Shown: in pieces, positions 38,076 through 48,948 of the stretch | Layout of the letters: every line of letters begins with the position of its first letter | Numbering within the stretch: position 1 is the first letter of the stretch | NCBI GenBank assembly: GCA_043228905.1 | Contig: JBHGNT010000010.1 | Span: 10,106,001-10,170,000 of the forward strand | Direction of reading: 5' to 3' | Origin: Azolla caroliniana | Taxonomy: Eukaryota; Plantae; Polypodiophyta | DNA: 64,000 nt | Notes under the pieces: generated by a model | What the model saw: the letters and a program-made list of their open reading frames with translations, nothing else | Told to the model about the DNA's origin: nothing | Database searches by the model: none | Position numbers and translations under genes: made by a program

Positions 38076-39359
38076 CTCCTTGCCACCCGTTTTCAGGTCA
38101 GGTTCACCACTTGTGTCATGCCTTTCGGCGTCGGATCGTTACGTGAGTCGGGTGCGAACCACTGGGGTTTTGGACTAGGAGAAAGAAGAATATGAGATAA
38201 GGCTCCTTATGAATGGATTGCAAGAAAGAGATATATTTGAAGGAAGATATGAAACTCGTGAATCCCACGAGTATAGTGTATTAATTGATACTTAGAATGT
38301 AAGAGAGAAATAGATGGCAAAATCGTGAATCCCATTAATAGTTTTATCTTATTCAAAGCTTATACAAAATCAACCCCCTATACATCTTTCACTCTTCCTT
38401 ATATAGTGTTGGAAGAGTCTAAGTTTATCACATGCAAGCATCATGCTTTTCCTAACTTTAGTTTTCATACACACTACATGTGCATGATTAACTTTCTATC
38501 CCATCTTTTCTTTTAACTCGAGTGTGTATGCATGAATAACTTTTTGTACCATGCATATCTAGAATATGTACATGGGATAAAGTTTAGTATAACTTTAAAA
38601 TTCATAATATGCTAGAATAGTGGTAAGGCTTAAAAATCATTAACATGGAGGTACAAGGTTTGAATCCTGCCCTATGCATGTAACAATCTTTTCTTCTATT
38701 TACAAATTTGTCTCTTCATCCGGTGAGAGACTCTCACCGGCCTTCTTTATCCGGCTCTTGCCGGTTCTGCTTGATCCGGTTCTTACCGTGTCTCCTTATC
38801 GGTTCCTCCTTGCCGATTCCATCCTTCATCTGGTTCTCACAGGTTCCTCCTTACCAGTTCCTCCTTGCCGATTCTATCCGAAGGAACAAAAATGCGATTT
38901 TCACGTAGTGTGCGAATTACACTATGACAATGTTGTGGTGGATTGATGTGTAGGTGGCTGAACTGACGCACTAATGTGGTTGAGAGTGAGAGAGAGAGAA
39001 AAGAAATTTGAGGAAGTGTTTAAGATAGATAGATAGACGAATCGAAATTCCAATTTCGGGTTTGAACTTTTGACTTCAAAGTTGAGATACAAGACACATT
39101 GCCAATGAGATAACTAAGATTTTATTACTATTGATTGCATACATTGCTTACCTCCGTATAGATTGATTGATTCCCCTCTTATATAGATGCCCCCATGCAT
39201 ATGTGCATGTGAGGGTGTAAGACATGCATGCAATGCATGAAATGCATGATTGCCATTTGGCGCTCATGCATCGCATGTGATGCATGATTACCATGTACCT
39301 CATCCAAGCTCTCATGTATAAGCATTCACATGTAAAATGTATAATAAAAAAAGTAAGGA

Positions 39360-39465
39360 AATAACCTAGTCTAATGGTATGTCAATTGCTTCTTAACTTA
39401 GAGGTGTAAGGTTCAAAACTCTACTTGTACCTCATTGTATGCCACTAGGCCCTAAGCTTATTTTT
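39360..39465 (+). promoter_or_regulatory. tRNA-like Pol III cassette in the LTR of A (truncated copy at 42579-42619)
   Basis: A-box tagtctaatgg 39367-39377; B-box ggttcaaaact 39410-39420; T-run at 39461-39465. Confidence 0.55.
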
Positions 39466-39576
39466 ATATTTCTTGTAATGAACACCTAAACACACATCAC
39501 ATGTGCACATTAACCATCACCCCTTTTATACATGTGCATATTGCACCTTCTCAGTTTTCCCCGTTTCACTTGACTT

Positions 39577-41852
39577 TCACACCGTTGCCAAACCGCACAT
39601 CCTCTGGTACATGCCAAGGAAAGAGTGTGAGATTTCAGCTACGGTGTGAGATTTTTCCACGTCCTCATTGACCTCACTCACGTTTGTGGGTTCCGCATTA
39701 CTATCTTCATTGTTGAGGTCATCGAGCTCGGGACCCTCACCTTGTCTTTTCTTGAAGATCTTTACTCTTTTCCCCGTAATGGGTATGGCTAACCTGATCC
39801 ATCTAGGTCCATATACGATCCAAACCACCTTCTTTGATCCTCTTAGGGCGCAGTTGATGTGTCTTGTCGAACTAAATCCAAAAATTGGGTGCTTCTTCTA
39901 ATTAGCCAATCTTTTTCTTTGAGATGAGAGATGGAAATGTTGGCAATACAACCTCCTGTATTTAGTTGGACATCCCACCATCATCATGCATCTTTCCCTT
40001 CCTTCCCATGGTTAGTACTCACAATCACTTCTTTCCTTTCTTCTTTATAGGTAATAACCATCCATTTTACCATAACATCATCTTCTTTGATACCATCCTC
40101 AATGTTAATCATACTTACATCATCATTATAATCGTGCTTTGAGTTAACTACATCTTTAATCACCAAATCATTTATCGCGGGATAACCGTCATATTGAATA
40201 TCATTTACCCTAAATTGATCCTTTCCACACACACTCACAACACCAACATTATCATTAGACACATCCCAAACCATCTTAACATTTTGCAGATTATCCTCAA
40301 TACTATCAACCTTAATCCTATCCTTCCCACACATACTCACAACATCAACATCATCATGATACTCATTCAAAATAACATTTTCTAGATTTTCTTGACTTAT
40401 ACCCTTGTGATCATTATGTAACCCCACATCATCATGGAAATATTTTTGTAGAACGTCCTCATCATCACAAATCCCTATTCTATTTTCATAATGGATGTCC
40501 TCATGAATGTCACCATTTGATCTAGTGAAACTCTTATAAAATCTATCCCGAAGAAAACCAAGGCAACCTAAAACACACAATTCCTCTTTGTCACTCTCAC
40601 CCTCATCATTCCCCTTATTATTATCATATCCACAAAAAGTGCACAACTTTTTACCATCATAACCCTCATTCTTCTCATGGCACTCTCACTCACCATCAAT
40701 AATACACTCTCCCTTACTATCATCAAGCCCTAAATCATCACCGTCATTACGTTTAAATGTAAAGTTTTTGTCCCTTCCTAACTTCTTCTCTTGTTCCTGG
40801 CTCTCATTAAAGCTATCATACTTGTCATAAAAATTTAAACCATGAGAGTCTTGATCCCAACTACACTCACCGTCATGATTTTCGTCAAGTGCTTTTTCAT
40901 TAGCACAACCATGAAGAGCTCGACATCGATTCCTCTTGTTTTTGCAGTAATCTTTGTCACGATCATAACCTTGTAGATCTCAAGCACTCTTTGTGAGTTT
41001 GTAATGATCTTTGTCTTTGTCATAACCGTGTAGATCTTGATCTTTCTCCTCAAGCCCACGTTCTTTGTCACATGTATCTTCATGATTGCATCCTTGAGTA
41101 TCTTGGTCTTTCACCTTGAGCCTATGTTCTTCCTCAGATGTCTCTTCACAACCGTATCCTCGTGTGTCTTGGTCATTCCCCTCGAACTGATATTCTTCAT
41201 TACTTGTCTCTTTATGACTGCATCCTTCCTGATCTTCCTTCTTGAGTCCATGTTCTTCATCACATCTCTTTTCACAATTGTATTCTTGAGTATCTTGGTC
41301 CGTCCACTCCATCCCACATACTCCGTCACATGTCTCTCCTCTGTCGAGTTTGCAACGATCCTCGTAACGACCATAGGCATGTCGATATCGATCAATCCCT
41401 TTAAGACCATGATGTTTGTTGCATGCCTCTTCAAGACCGCAATCATGAATATATCGATCTATCTTGTCAAGCCCACGTTCTTCTCCACGACTGCATCCTT
41501 GAATATCTTCATCTTTCCTTGCGCACCCACATTCTTCGTTGAAAGTCTCTTCATGATAATAATCGCGAACATCTCGATCATCTTCATCTTCGTCATTGTT
41601 GAGTAAACCACGAAAAGGTTGAGGCCCAATCTTGACGTCAAAACCGCTTTGTACCAATTTGGAACTTCTTGATATAGTCATTCGACTTGCCTTGCCAACT
41701 TGAGATACTCCAGCGCTCTATCCTTATCATCATGCAACATCATTTCGATGGCCTTCCTTACATATGGAAGCATCATGAGCCTCAGACCACCTTCTATTCT
41801 TATCGACTCCTCTAAGTCGTATGCTTCCACCCACCATTTGCGATGCCCCCAT
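39577..41852 (-). pseudogene. Disrupted long ORF (about 750 codons) of element A: acidic Cys/His-rich tandem repeats plus an integrase C-terminal tail
   Basis: ATG at 41852 just after the PBS; about 22-aa repeats such as DQDTQGCNHEDTCDKERGLEEK; tail AIPITGKRVKIFKKR matches MPIAGKRVRIFKKW at the end of B pol. Confidence 0.6.
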
Positions 41853-43122
41853 TACCACCTTGTGTTGTTCACGTCAGGTTCACCAAATAGATGTCGCGTG
41901 GCACGTGTCACACGTGGCAAACGTCGCGATGTGCGTGTCACAAACGCGGACAAGCACCGGGTCTCTATCCGCTAGAGGTTATGGAGGATCGATGATGGGA
42001 TTTCCGCGCCTATGGGTCGGTCCAATGGAACCACCGAGGTCTTTGACCGGGGGGAACAAATCGGGTGAGTTGTGCTTATCGTTGGGTCGTCCTTTATTGT
42101 CGAAGACGCACCCGAACCCGACTCAATGTTGTGGTGGATTGATGTGTAGGCAGCTGAAGTGACGCACTAATGTGGTGGAGAGTTAGAGAGAGAGAAATGA
42201 AAATTGAGGAAGTGTTTAAGATAGATAGATAGATAAACGAATCGAAATTCCAATTGCGGGTTTGAACTTTTGATTTCAAAGTTGAGATACAAGACACATT
42301 GCCAATGAGATAACTAGGATTTATTAATTACTATTGATTGCATACATTGTTTACCTCCCCATAGATTGATTGCTTCCCCTCTTATATAGATGCCCCCATG
42401 CATATGTGCATGTGAGGGTGTAAGATATGCATGCAATGCATGGAATGCATGCGATGCATAATTGCCATTTGGCGCTCAGGCATCGCATGTGATGCATGAT
42501 GACCATGTACCTCATCCAAGCTCTCATGTATTAGCATTCACATGTAAAATGTACAATAAACAAAGTAAGGAAATAACTTAGTCTAATGGTATGTCAATTG
42601 CTTCTTAACTTAGAGGTGTTCTTAGGGATTTATTTACTTATTGTTCTAAGGGATTTATTTGCATTATTTTGGAACAAATGTTGTGTAGTCAAAACCATGT
42701 AATGTATTTCATGTGCACCATGTAACGTACATGCAAAGTTTCTCTACATGTGTGCCACATGGCCCACATGCTTTATATCGCGCACATGCACAAGCTTCTC
42801 TAGGTGTGTGCCACGTGGCCTACATGTAATGACATCGATTTAGCATAAGAGGGAAGGATTATTGTCATGGATGGGGGGGAAAACAATCAAAGAGTCCTAT
42901 TTTGTAAAGGGTTTTTCTCTCGAAGAAATAGTGAATTTCCTATTTTGGCATTTCTTCTTCGTTACGTTGTCGTAGTGTAGGTTGCACACTATGTGGAAAT
43001 TATATTTTTGTCCCTTCGGATAGAGAATGGAGTGCTCGGTGAGAACCGGAAGAAAACGGCATACCGGCAAGGAGGAAAACGGCATACCGGCAAGGAAGAG
43101 CCGGATAAAAAGACATAAATGT

Positions 43123-43223
43123 AAAAAAAAAAAAAAGGAAATACTCACTACTGCGCAAGGTGTGATTTGAACTCTACACCTCCACGTTGACAAACCCCAA
43201 CCTTACCATTATGCTACCTTACC
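43123..43223 (-). promoter_or_regulatory. tRNA-like Pol III cassette in the LTR of C (second copy at 45866-45964)
   Basis: Minus strand: A-box tagcataatgg (43206-43216), B-box-like agttcaaatca (43163-43173), ggtgt/acacc stem, long T-run at 43123-43136. Confidence 0.55.
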
Positions 43224-43844
43224 TTTAGTGTTCTACAAATAGATTTAATAACTATAAGTTCTTTATTTGCACCTACCTTTATTAAAAGGTAAATCGTGCA
43301 TTTTTAGAGTGCGTGAATATTTTATAGAAAAACGCAAGCAACTAAAAAGTGACTCATGCACATCTAGCGTGCATGAGCACTATATTTAGCAAATAAAAGC
43401 AAGGATTAGAAAAGCATCACATGCACATTTAGTGTGCATGAACATATTAGAAAAAAAAGCATGTAGCTATGCTTAGTCTCTCCCATCACTACATAAGGAT
43501 GGGGAGCACAATGTAATAGGTGTGTGAAATATTTGGAAATTGGATATATTTCCGAAAACACCAACCGATTAATATAATTGTGGGATTCACAAGTTTCTTA
43601 TATCTTTCTTTCAATCTAAATACATATTCTTATCTAAATATTGATTAATCGAATACAATACACTCGTGGGATTCACGAAATTTCTATCTCTCTTTCTAAT
43701 AATCTATTTATTACTAGCCTCATCTCATATTCTTCTTTCTCCTAGTCCAAAACCTCGGCGGTTCCCACCCGACTCACGCAACGATCCGGAGCCGAAAGGC
43801 ACGACACAGTTGGTGAACCCGACGTGAAGGCGGGTGGCAAGGAG

Positions 43845-45785
43845 ATGGAGAATCAACAAGAGGCGATGAACATGATGATGATAATGTTTGAGCGGATGCA
43901 ACAAGAACAACGTGCGATGTCGGAGATGAAGGCGGCAGTAGAGCGGCTTCTGCGACGAAACGGGGAATTCAACGGTAAGGGTGTGTCACGCTACCTACGT
44001 GAATATAAGGCGGAGATGATGCAATATCGGATACCGGAAGGATTGCAAGTGATATCCTTTAGTCGGGTGGCCTCGGACGAACTACAAGAGAGAATCCACA
44101 AGATACAACAACAAAACTCGACATGGGAGTCCTTTGAAGAAGCTTTACGGGAGGCATATGACTATGAGAGATGGACGGGACGAGATCGACGAGAATTCGA
44201 CGAATGGGTGGCGTCGGAGAAGACTCACCGAAGTGCAACGCAAGCGTTCCTAGAGTTCGAGCATCGTTTTGCTCGACTCTCGGAGCGGGAACAAAGATTG
44301 GTGGGGGAGGACAAAGTCCTAATGTTCGTAAGATCGATTGATCGGAAAGAAAGGAAGGACATCGGGATTGAACTCGAAGACGATGTCGGTGCGAATGGTC
44401 TTACCGAAGATTGGGCCGAAGTCCAAAGGGTATGCCGGAGACATGATGAGAGGAAGATGAGAATCTTGTCAACGACATGGCCGATGAAGGATGGTCGATT
44501 GAAGACAAACGATGGAGCCGATATGAAGGCCGAAATACAACATGATGGTGCGACGGAAGAGGGTGTAAAACAAGCTACCCTCTTGTCTTGCGAAAGAGCA
44601 ACGACGAAGGATAAGGCCGATAACCCAAGTGTAGAAGAAGATTTCAGAATACAAGTGATTGAAACATCGGGTGAAAAAGGGGTAAGCATAATTGATGCAG
44701 TGAAAGAGAGCAAAGAGGACTTGATTGAGGAGGTTGCCACGAAAGATGACATCGAATCGAAGGTGGCTATGGACGAATCAACGACAGATGGCCATATCGA
44801 GACTTCCCCACCACTGATTCTAGAGACTCCGGCGGTTGCATTCGAAAGGCAACGTGAGACCGAAGAGACGGAAGGTGGCGGAGAGAAATCAAAGGTCGAA
44901 GTTGATGCATATGACGGAGAGATAGCCGAGAATATGGCTATGGGTGAAACAACGGAGGATGATAATACCGAGGATTCCTACCCACTAATTCTAGAGACTT
45001 CAGCAGTTGTGTCCGAGAACCAACGTGAGACCGGAGAGACGGGAGGTGGCAACAAGAAAGGTAAAGTCGGAAGCCGGTTTGGATGGAAGGTGATCCGGAC
45101 GGGATTCCGATCCGAAAGAAAGCCGACCCGAAAAGGGGTTGACTCGGTCAAAACCGATCGACCGAGTCTGACTTGGCCGAACGCGAATATGGATGGAAGC
45201 CGACCTAGCCGAAAGCCAATCGGACGAGACGGATCCGGAAAGAAGCTAATCCGACTCAATCGGAGGTTGGACCGGTCGAGGCTGGTGAAAATGAGGAAAA
45301 GAAAGCCAACCAAAATCGAAACCGATAGATCGAAACCGGGCCGGAAGGAGACCGACTCAATCGAAACCGAACAACCGATTCCGATTCGGCCGAATACGAA
45401 TCCGATCGGAAGCCGATCAAACCGAAAGTCGATCGGACGAGAGCGATCCGGAAAAAAGTCAAGGTTGATGAAGACAAGAAAGAGGCCAGTAAAAGACACT
45501 ACCACGAATGACAAGGGCCAAGAATATGACGAGAGAGAACAAAGAATATGGTGGATCGGATGGCGACAATGGTTCGGGTGGAAAGAATGGGTCTACTCAA
45601 AATGGAGAGACAAAGTTGACGTAGCGGGACAAACGGAGGATGAAGGGGAGACAACGAGCATCGGCAACTTCGGCACATACCGGAGGATGTGCGGGTTTGG
45701 AGGGGGCGAGTGTCGTAGTGTAGGTTGCACACTATGTGGAAATTATATTTTTATCCCTCCGGATAGAGAATGGAGTGCTCGGTGA
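43845..45785 (+). CDS. Gag N-terminal domain fused to a long acidic/basic repetitive extension (646 aa)
   Basis: The first ~200 aa are homologous to B gag (FNGKGVSRYLREYKAEM, TWESFEEALR). Uninterrupted frame; no protease, RT or integrase motifs. Confidence 0.8.
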   Translation: MENQQEAMNMMMIMFERMQQEQRAMSEMKAAVERLLRRNGEFNGKGVSRYLREYKAEMMQYRIPEGLQVISFSRVASDELQERIHKIQQQNSTWESFEEALREAYDYERWTGRDRREFDEWVASEKTHRSATQAFLEFEHRFARLSEREQRLVGEDKVLMFVRSIDRKERKDIGIELEDDVGANGLTEDWAEVQRVCRRHDERKMRILSTTWPMKDGRLKTNDGADMKAEIQHDGATEEGVKQATLLSCERATTKDKADNPSVEEDFRIQVIETSGEKGVSIIDAVKESKEDLIEEVATKDDIESKVAMDESTTDGHIETSPPLILETPAVAFERQRETEETEGGGEKSKVEVDAYDGEIAENMAMGETTEDDNTEDSYPLILETSAVVSENQRETGETGGGNKKGKVGSRFGWKVIRTGFRSERKPTRKGVDSVKTDRPSLTWPNANMDGSRPSRKPIGRDGSGKKLIRLNRRLDRSRLVKMRKRKPTKIETDRSKPGRKETDSIETEQPIPIRPNTNPIGSRSNRKSIGRERSGKKSRLMKTRKRPVKDTTTNDKGQEYDEREQRIWWIGWRQWFGWKEWVYSKWRDKVDVAGQTEDEGETTSIGNFGTYRRMCGFGGGECRSVGCTLCGNYIFIPPDREWSAR

Positions 45786-47237
45786 GAACCGGAAGAAAAC
45801 GGCATACCGGCAAGGAGGAAAACGGCATACCGGCAAGGAAGAGCCGGATAAAAAGACATAAATGTAAAAAAAAAAAAGGAAATACTCACTACTACGCAAG
45901 GTGTGATTTGAACTCTACACCTCCACGTTGACAAACCCCAACCTTACCATTATGCTACCTTACCTTTAGTGTTCTACAAATAGATTTAATAACTATAAGT
46001 GCTTTATTTGCACCTACCTTTATTAAAAGGTAAATCGTGCATTTTTAGAGTGCGTGAATATTTTATAGAAAAACGCAAGCAACTAAAAAGTGACTCATGC
46101 ACATCTAGCGTGCATGAGCACTATATTTAGCAAATAAAAGCAAGGATTAGAAAAGCATCACATGCACATTTAGTGTGCATGAACATATTAGAAAAAAAAG
46201 CATGTAGCTATGCTTAGTCTCTCCCATCACTACATAAGGATGGGGAGCACAATGTAATAGGTGTGTGAAATATTTGGAAATTGGATATATTTCCGAAAAC
46301 ACCAACCGATTAATATAATTGTGGGATTCACAAGTTTCTTATATCTTTCTTTCAATCTAAATACATATTCTTATCTAAATATTGATTAATCGAATACAAT
46401 ACACTCGTGGGATTCACGAAATTTCTATCTCTCTTTCTAATAATCTATTTATTACTAGCCTCATCTCATATTCTTCTTTCTCCTAGTCCAAAACCTCGGC
46501 GGTTCCCACCCGACTCACGCAACGATCCGGAGCCGAAAGGCACGACAACGTTTGAAGAGTAGCATTGTATGGTATTTTACTTATAATTCTCAATTCTGAC
46601 GTCTGTTTTTGACGTTCTATAGCTCGTTGGAAAGATCTTCCAGAGGGATTTCCAATATGTGTTTGCACACTTAATTTAGTTATGTAGATGGAACGATATA
46701 AGGTTTTTGTCTTCACGGGTAGGGCTGCAAACCACTCGTGACTATTAAGATACTTCCCACTCTTCTCTTTCATCTTCTTATTTCCACTGTCCTGGTTCAG
46801 AACTCCAGCGGTTCCGCCCAGACACACCAAGCTCTTATACACGACGTGCTTCCACACGACACCGTCCCGTCGCTGCCAGTCGTCACTATTCAGTCGCCGA
46901 CTATTGTCCGTCAGCCATGTCTGTTTGTTATCCGGCTCTATTTGCCAGTAGGATGTCTCTCGGTTCACTGGCTTTCAAGCCTACTCTCTTTGGCAGACTC
47001 TCGGCTATTCATTGACCATTTGTTTGGTAATGGTCGTCGTCGTTTGTCGCTCTGTTGCTCAGTCTTTTCCGCCGCCCGTTGGTGGTCCGCCTTCGTTTAA
47101 TTCACCGTCATTCGCTGATAACCTTCATCATTATCTTCTTTGTTCTAATCATCATATATCCATGACGATCATTTCTCTTCTAGTCTCTCTTCACCTTCTC
47201 TTCCAAATTCCTCTCCATTAGCACACACTCGTATAAC

Positions 47238-48057
47238 TCATCTTGTCTGGGATAATACCTTCTTGAGAATTGCAAAGTGGCTAAGAAAGATGTTGAATAG
47301 TGTAACATGTTGTGTCGAGGGAAGCTTTATGAACAATGACAATGCGTTGCACATAGCTCTATAGCTCCCATAGAGTATAAGAAGGTTGTAGAGGTCTTTC
47401 CTCTGTTCCTGACCAGACTCAATGATGAAGTCATGGACATGCTTACCCAAAACAATGTCCACACAATTTCTCAATGAGGATGATATTCTTGCATAGAAAT
47501 GGTTATACATAGCAACTTTACCTCAACATCCACTTCATGAAGTGAATTCCTAGTCATCAACTCAGAAGAAGTGAAAACATATCGACTCTATGACAGACTT
47601 CTTCTTCTTCTTTGCTATCTTTGTCTGAATCTGCTTCCATTCAACTCTCAATCCTCCATGTCATCATCATCATTTTCTTCTTCGCAAAAGGAACTTCATT
47701 TCTATGGCCTCAGTGTTGAAGAAGACCTTGTGGATGGAAGACAATCTCTCATTAATATCCAGCACAAAATTATGCTTGGACTAACGACGCCGTTTACCAT
47801 GGCTTCTTGTACCATCATCATCATGGTGCCTTGCAGGAGCATGATATCGCTTCTTCTCTTCATCATCATACAGATGTTGATAAGATTTTGCATTACACTC
47901 CTCAACTTCATCACCATATAATGCTTTATACATTCCACCATGTTGCCATGGATCATTAAGAGCAGTTGCTACTGCTGATGTGTGTTGTGGCATATGATAG
48001 ATAGGGGCCAGAAAACAAAAGGAAGAACAGGAGTAGCATTAGGCCATAAGCAGCCAT
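47238..48057 (-). pseudogene. Captured, decayed 5' fragment of a PLS-type pentatricopeptide repeat gene inside element E
   Basis: LGKHVHDFIIESG...LYNLLILYGSYRAMCNALSLFIKLPSTQHVTLFN resembles PLS PPR motifs; preceded by a broken N-terminal region and a CT/GT-rich leader. Confidence 0.55.
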
Positions 48058-48573
48058 GGTGTATATTAACAATTCTTCTTCTTCTAGATCACACCATGGC
48101 AGCAAAGAAGAGACAAGAGAGTATCTTGCAGAGGTACACACACACACACACACACAACATAGAGACGCAAAGAGGGAGAGTGAGGGATAGACTTCGTCTG
48201 AAGTGAGGTCGGCCGTTCAGGCGTGCGAAAAGTGTTGTTGGGGCGGGGGGTGAAGCTAGAATGGCTTCACCCCCCTCCCAAGGGGGTTATGTTAGAGAGA
48301 GAGCAAGAGAGAAAGACAAATAGGAAATGACACCAAATGAGAGGGGGAAAAACTATATCCCTTACATGCACCATAAGGGGTTTATATAATACATAATGTA
48401 ACAGTAAATAATATGTCCGTTACAAAAAGAGACTGTTACATTCTTGTCACATGCACATAATTGTGCATGTGCTCACACATACTCATCCTTATACTCATAT
48501 ACATTACACATACCGAACAACCCCTTAACGTGGTTTACCCTTATACTGCTCCGTACAACTCCCATGGTTAACA

Positions 48574-48948
48574 CTATGGCTGATGCGTAGGGTATTCTGC
48601 TCATGAGCAATTTCTCTTCTTGAGTGGAGGAAGAGTCCCTATCTTATAGTCCGAACGATGTTCGAAACGGTGTCAATGCCAGCTTCGCAAGCTCTATGTT
48701 GAAGTGCTTCAACACCTTCCATATGCAGTCAGATTGGGAGAGCTAGACGATCTTCTTCATCTGATTTCACTCTATCCACATGCCCAGTGTATGTCAGGCT
48801 TCTTTGAGTTCCTTCATTGAGAATTTCTTGTGAAGTTTTTGTTTAAGCTTCTGATTTCTTCTTTGTTGTTGCGGACAATGAGCATGTCGTTAACGTATAG
48901 GATCAAGTAGATCCGAGACTCATCGACCAGTTCCTAGATATACATATA
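48574..48948 (-). mobile_element. Continuation of the Copia RT that hosts element E
   Basis: YLILYVNDMLI and IPYASAI on the minus strand. Confidence 0.8.

Larger units (their letters stand above)
31910..38929 (-). mobile_element. Full-length Trp-primed non-chromovirus Gypsy element B (Phygy/Selgy-like), LTRs 31910-32709 and 38114-38929, TSD ATGT
   Basis: TSD atgt at 31906-31909 and 38930-38933; PBS 38093-38109; PPT GGAGGGGGCGAG at 32710-32721. Confidence 0.9.
31655..42619 (-). mobile_element. Non-autonomous Trp-primed LTR element A: 3' LTR 31655-31909 plus 38930-about 39575 (split by B); truncated 5' LTR 41892-42619
   Basis: LTR sequence TGTCGCGTGG... at both 31655 and 41892; PBS tcacgtcaggttcacca at 41869-41885; 41892-42619 is colinear with the two split halves. 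Confidence 0.85.
42968..46547 (+). mobile_element. Young gag-only (TR-GAG-like) Trp-primed LTR element C, LTRs 42968-43806 and 45711-46547, TSD ACGT
   Basis: Near-identical LTRs (about 4 substitutions and a 2-nt poly-A indel by eye); PBS TGGTGAACCCGACGTGA 43811-43827; PPT 45699-45710; acgt at 42964-42967 and 46548-46551. Confidence 0.95.
30324..48573 (-). mobile_element. Large non-autonomous LTR element E (LTRs 30324-30654 and 48233-48573; TSD CTATG) hosting elements A, B and C
   Basis: Two similar LTRs TGTTGTTGGGG...AACA; ctatg at 30319-30323 and 48574-48578; no gag/pol of its own. Orientation is inferred from the LTR TATA (tatataaacccc on minus) and the downstream CT-rich tract. Confidence 0.85.

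Noticed and set aside
47956-48153. Small secreted peptide (MAAYGLMLLLFFLLFSG...)
   Set aside because: Lies in a frameshifted captured fragment inside a TE; more simply part of the decayed PPR 5' region.
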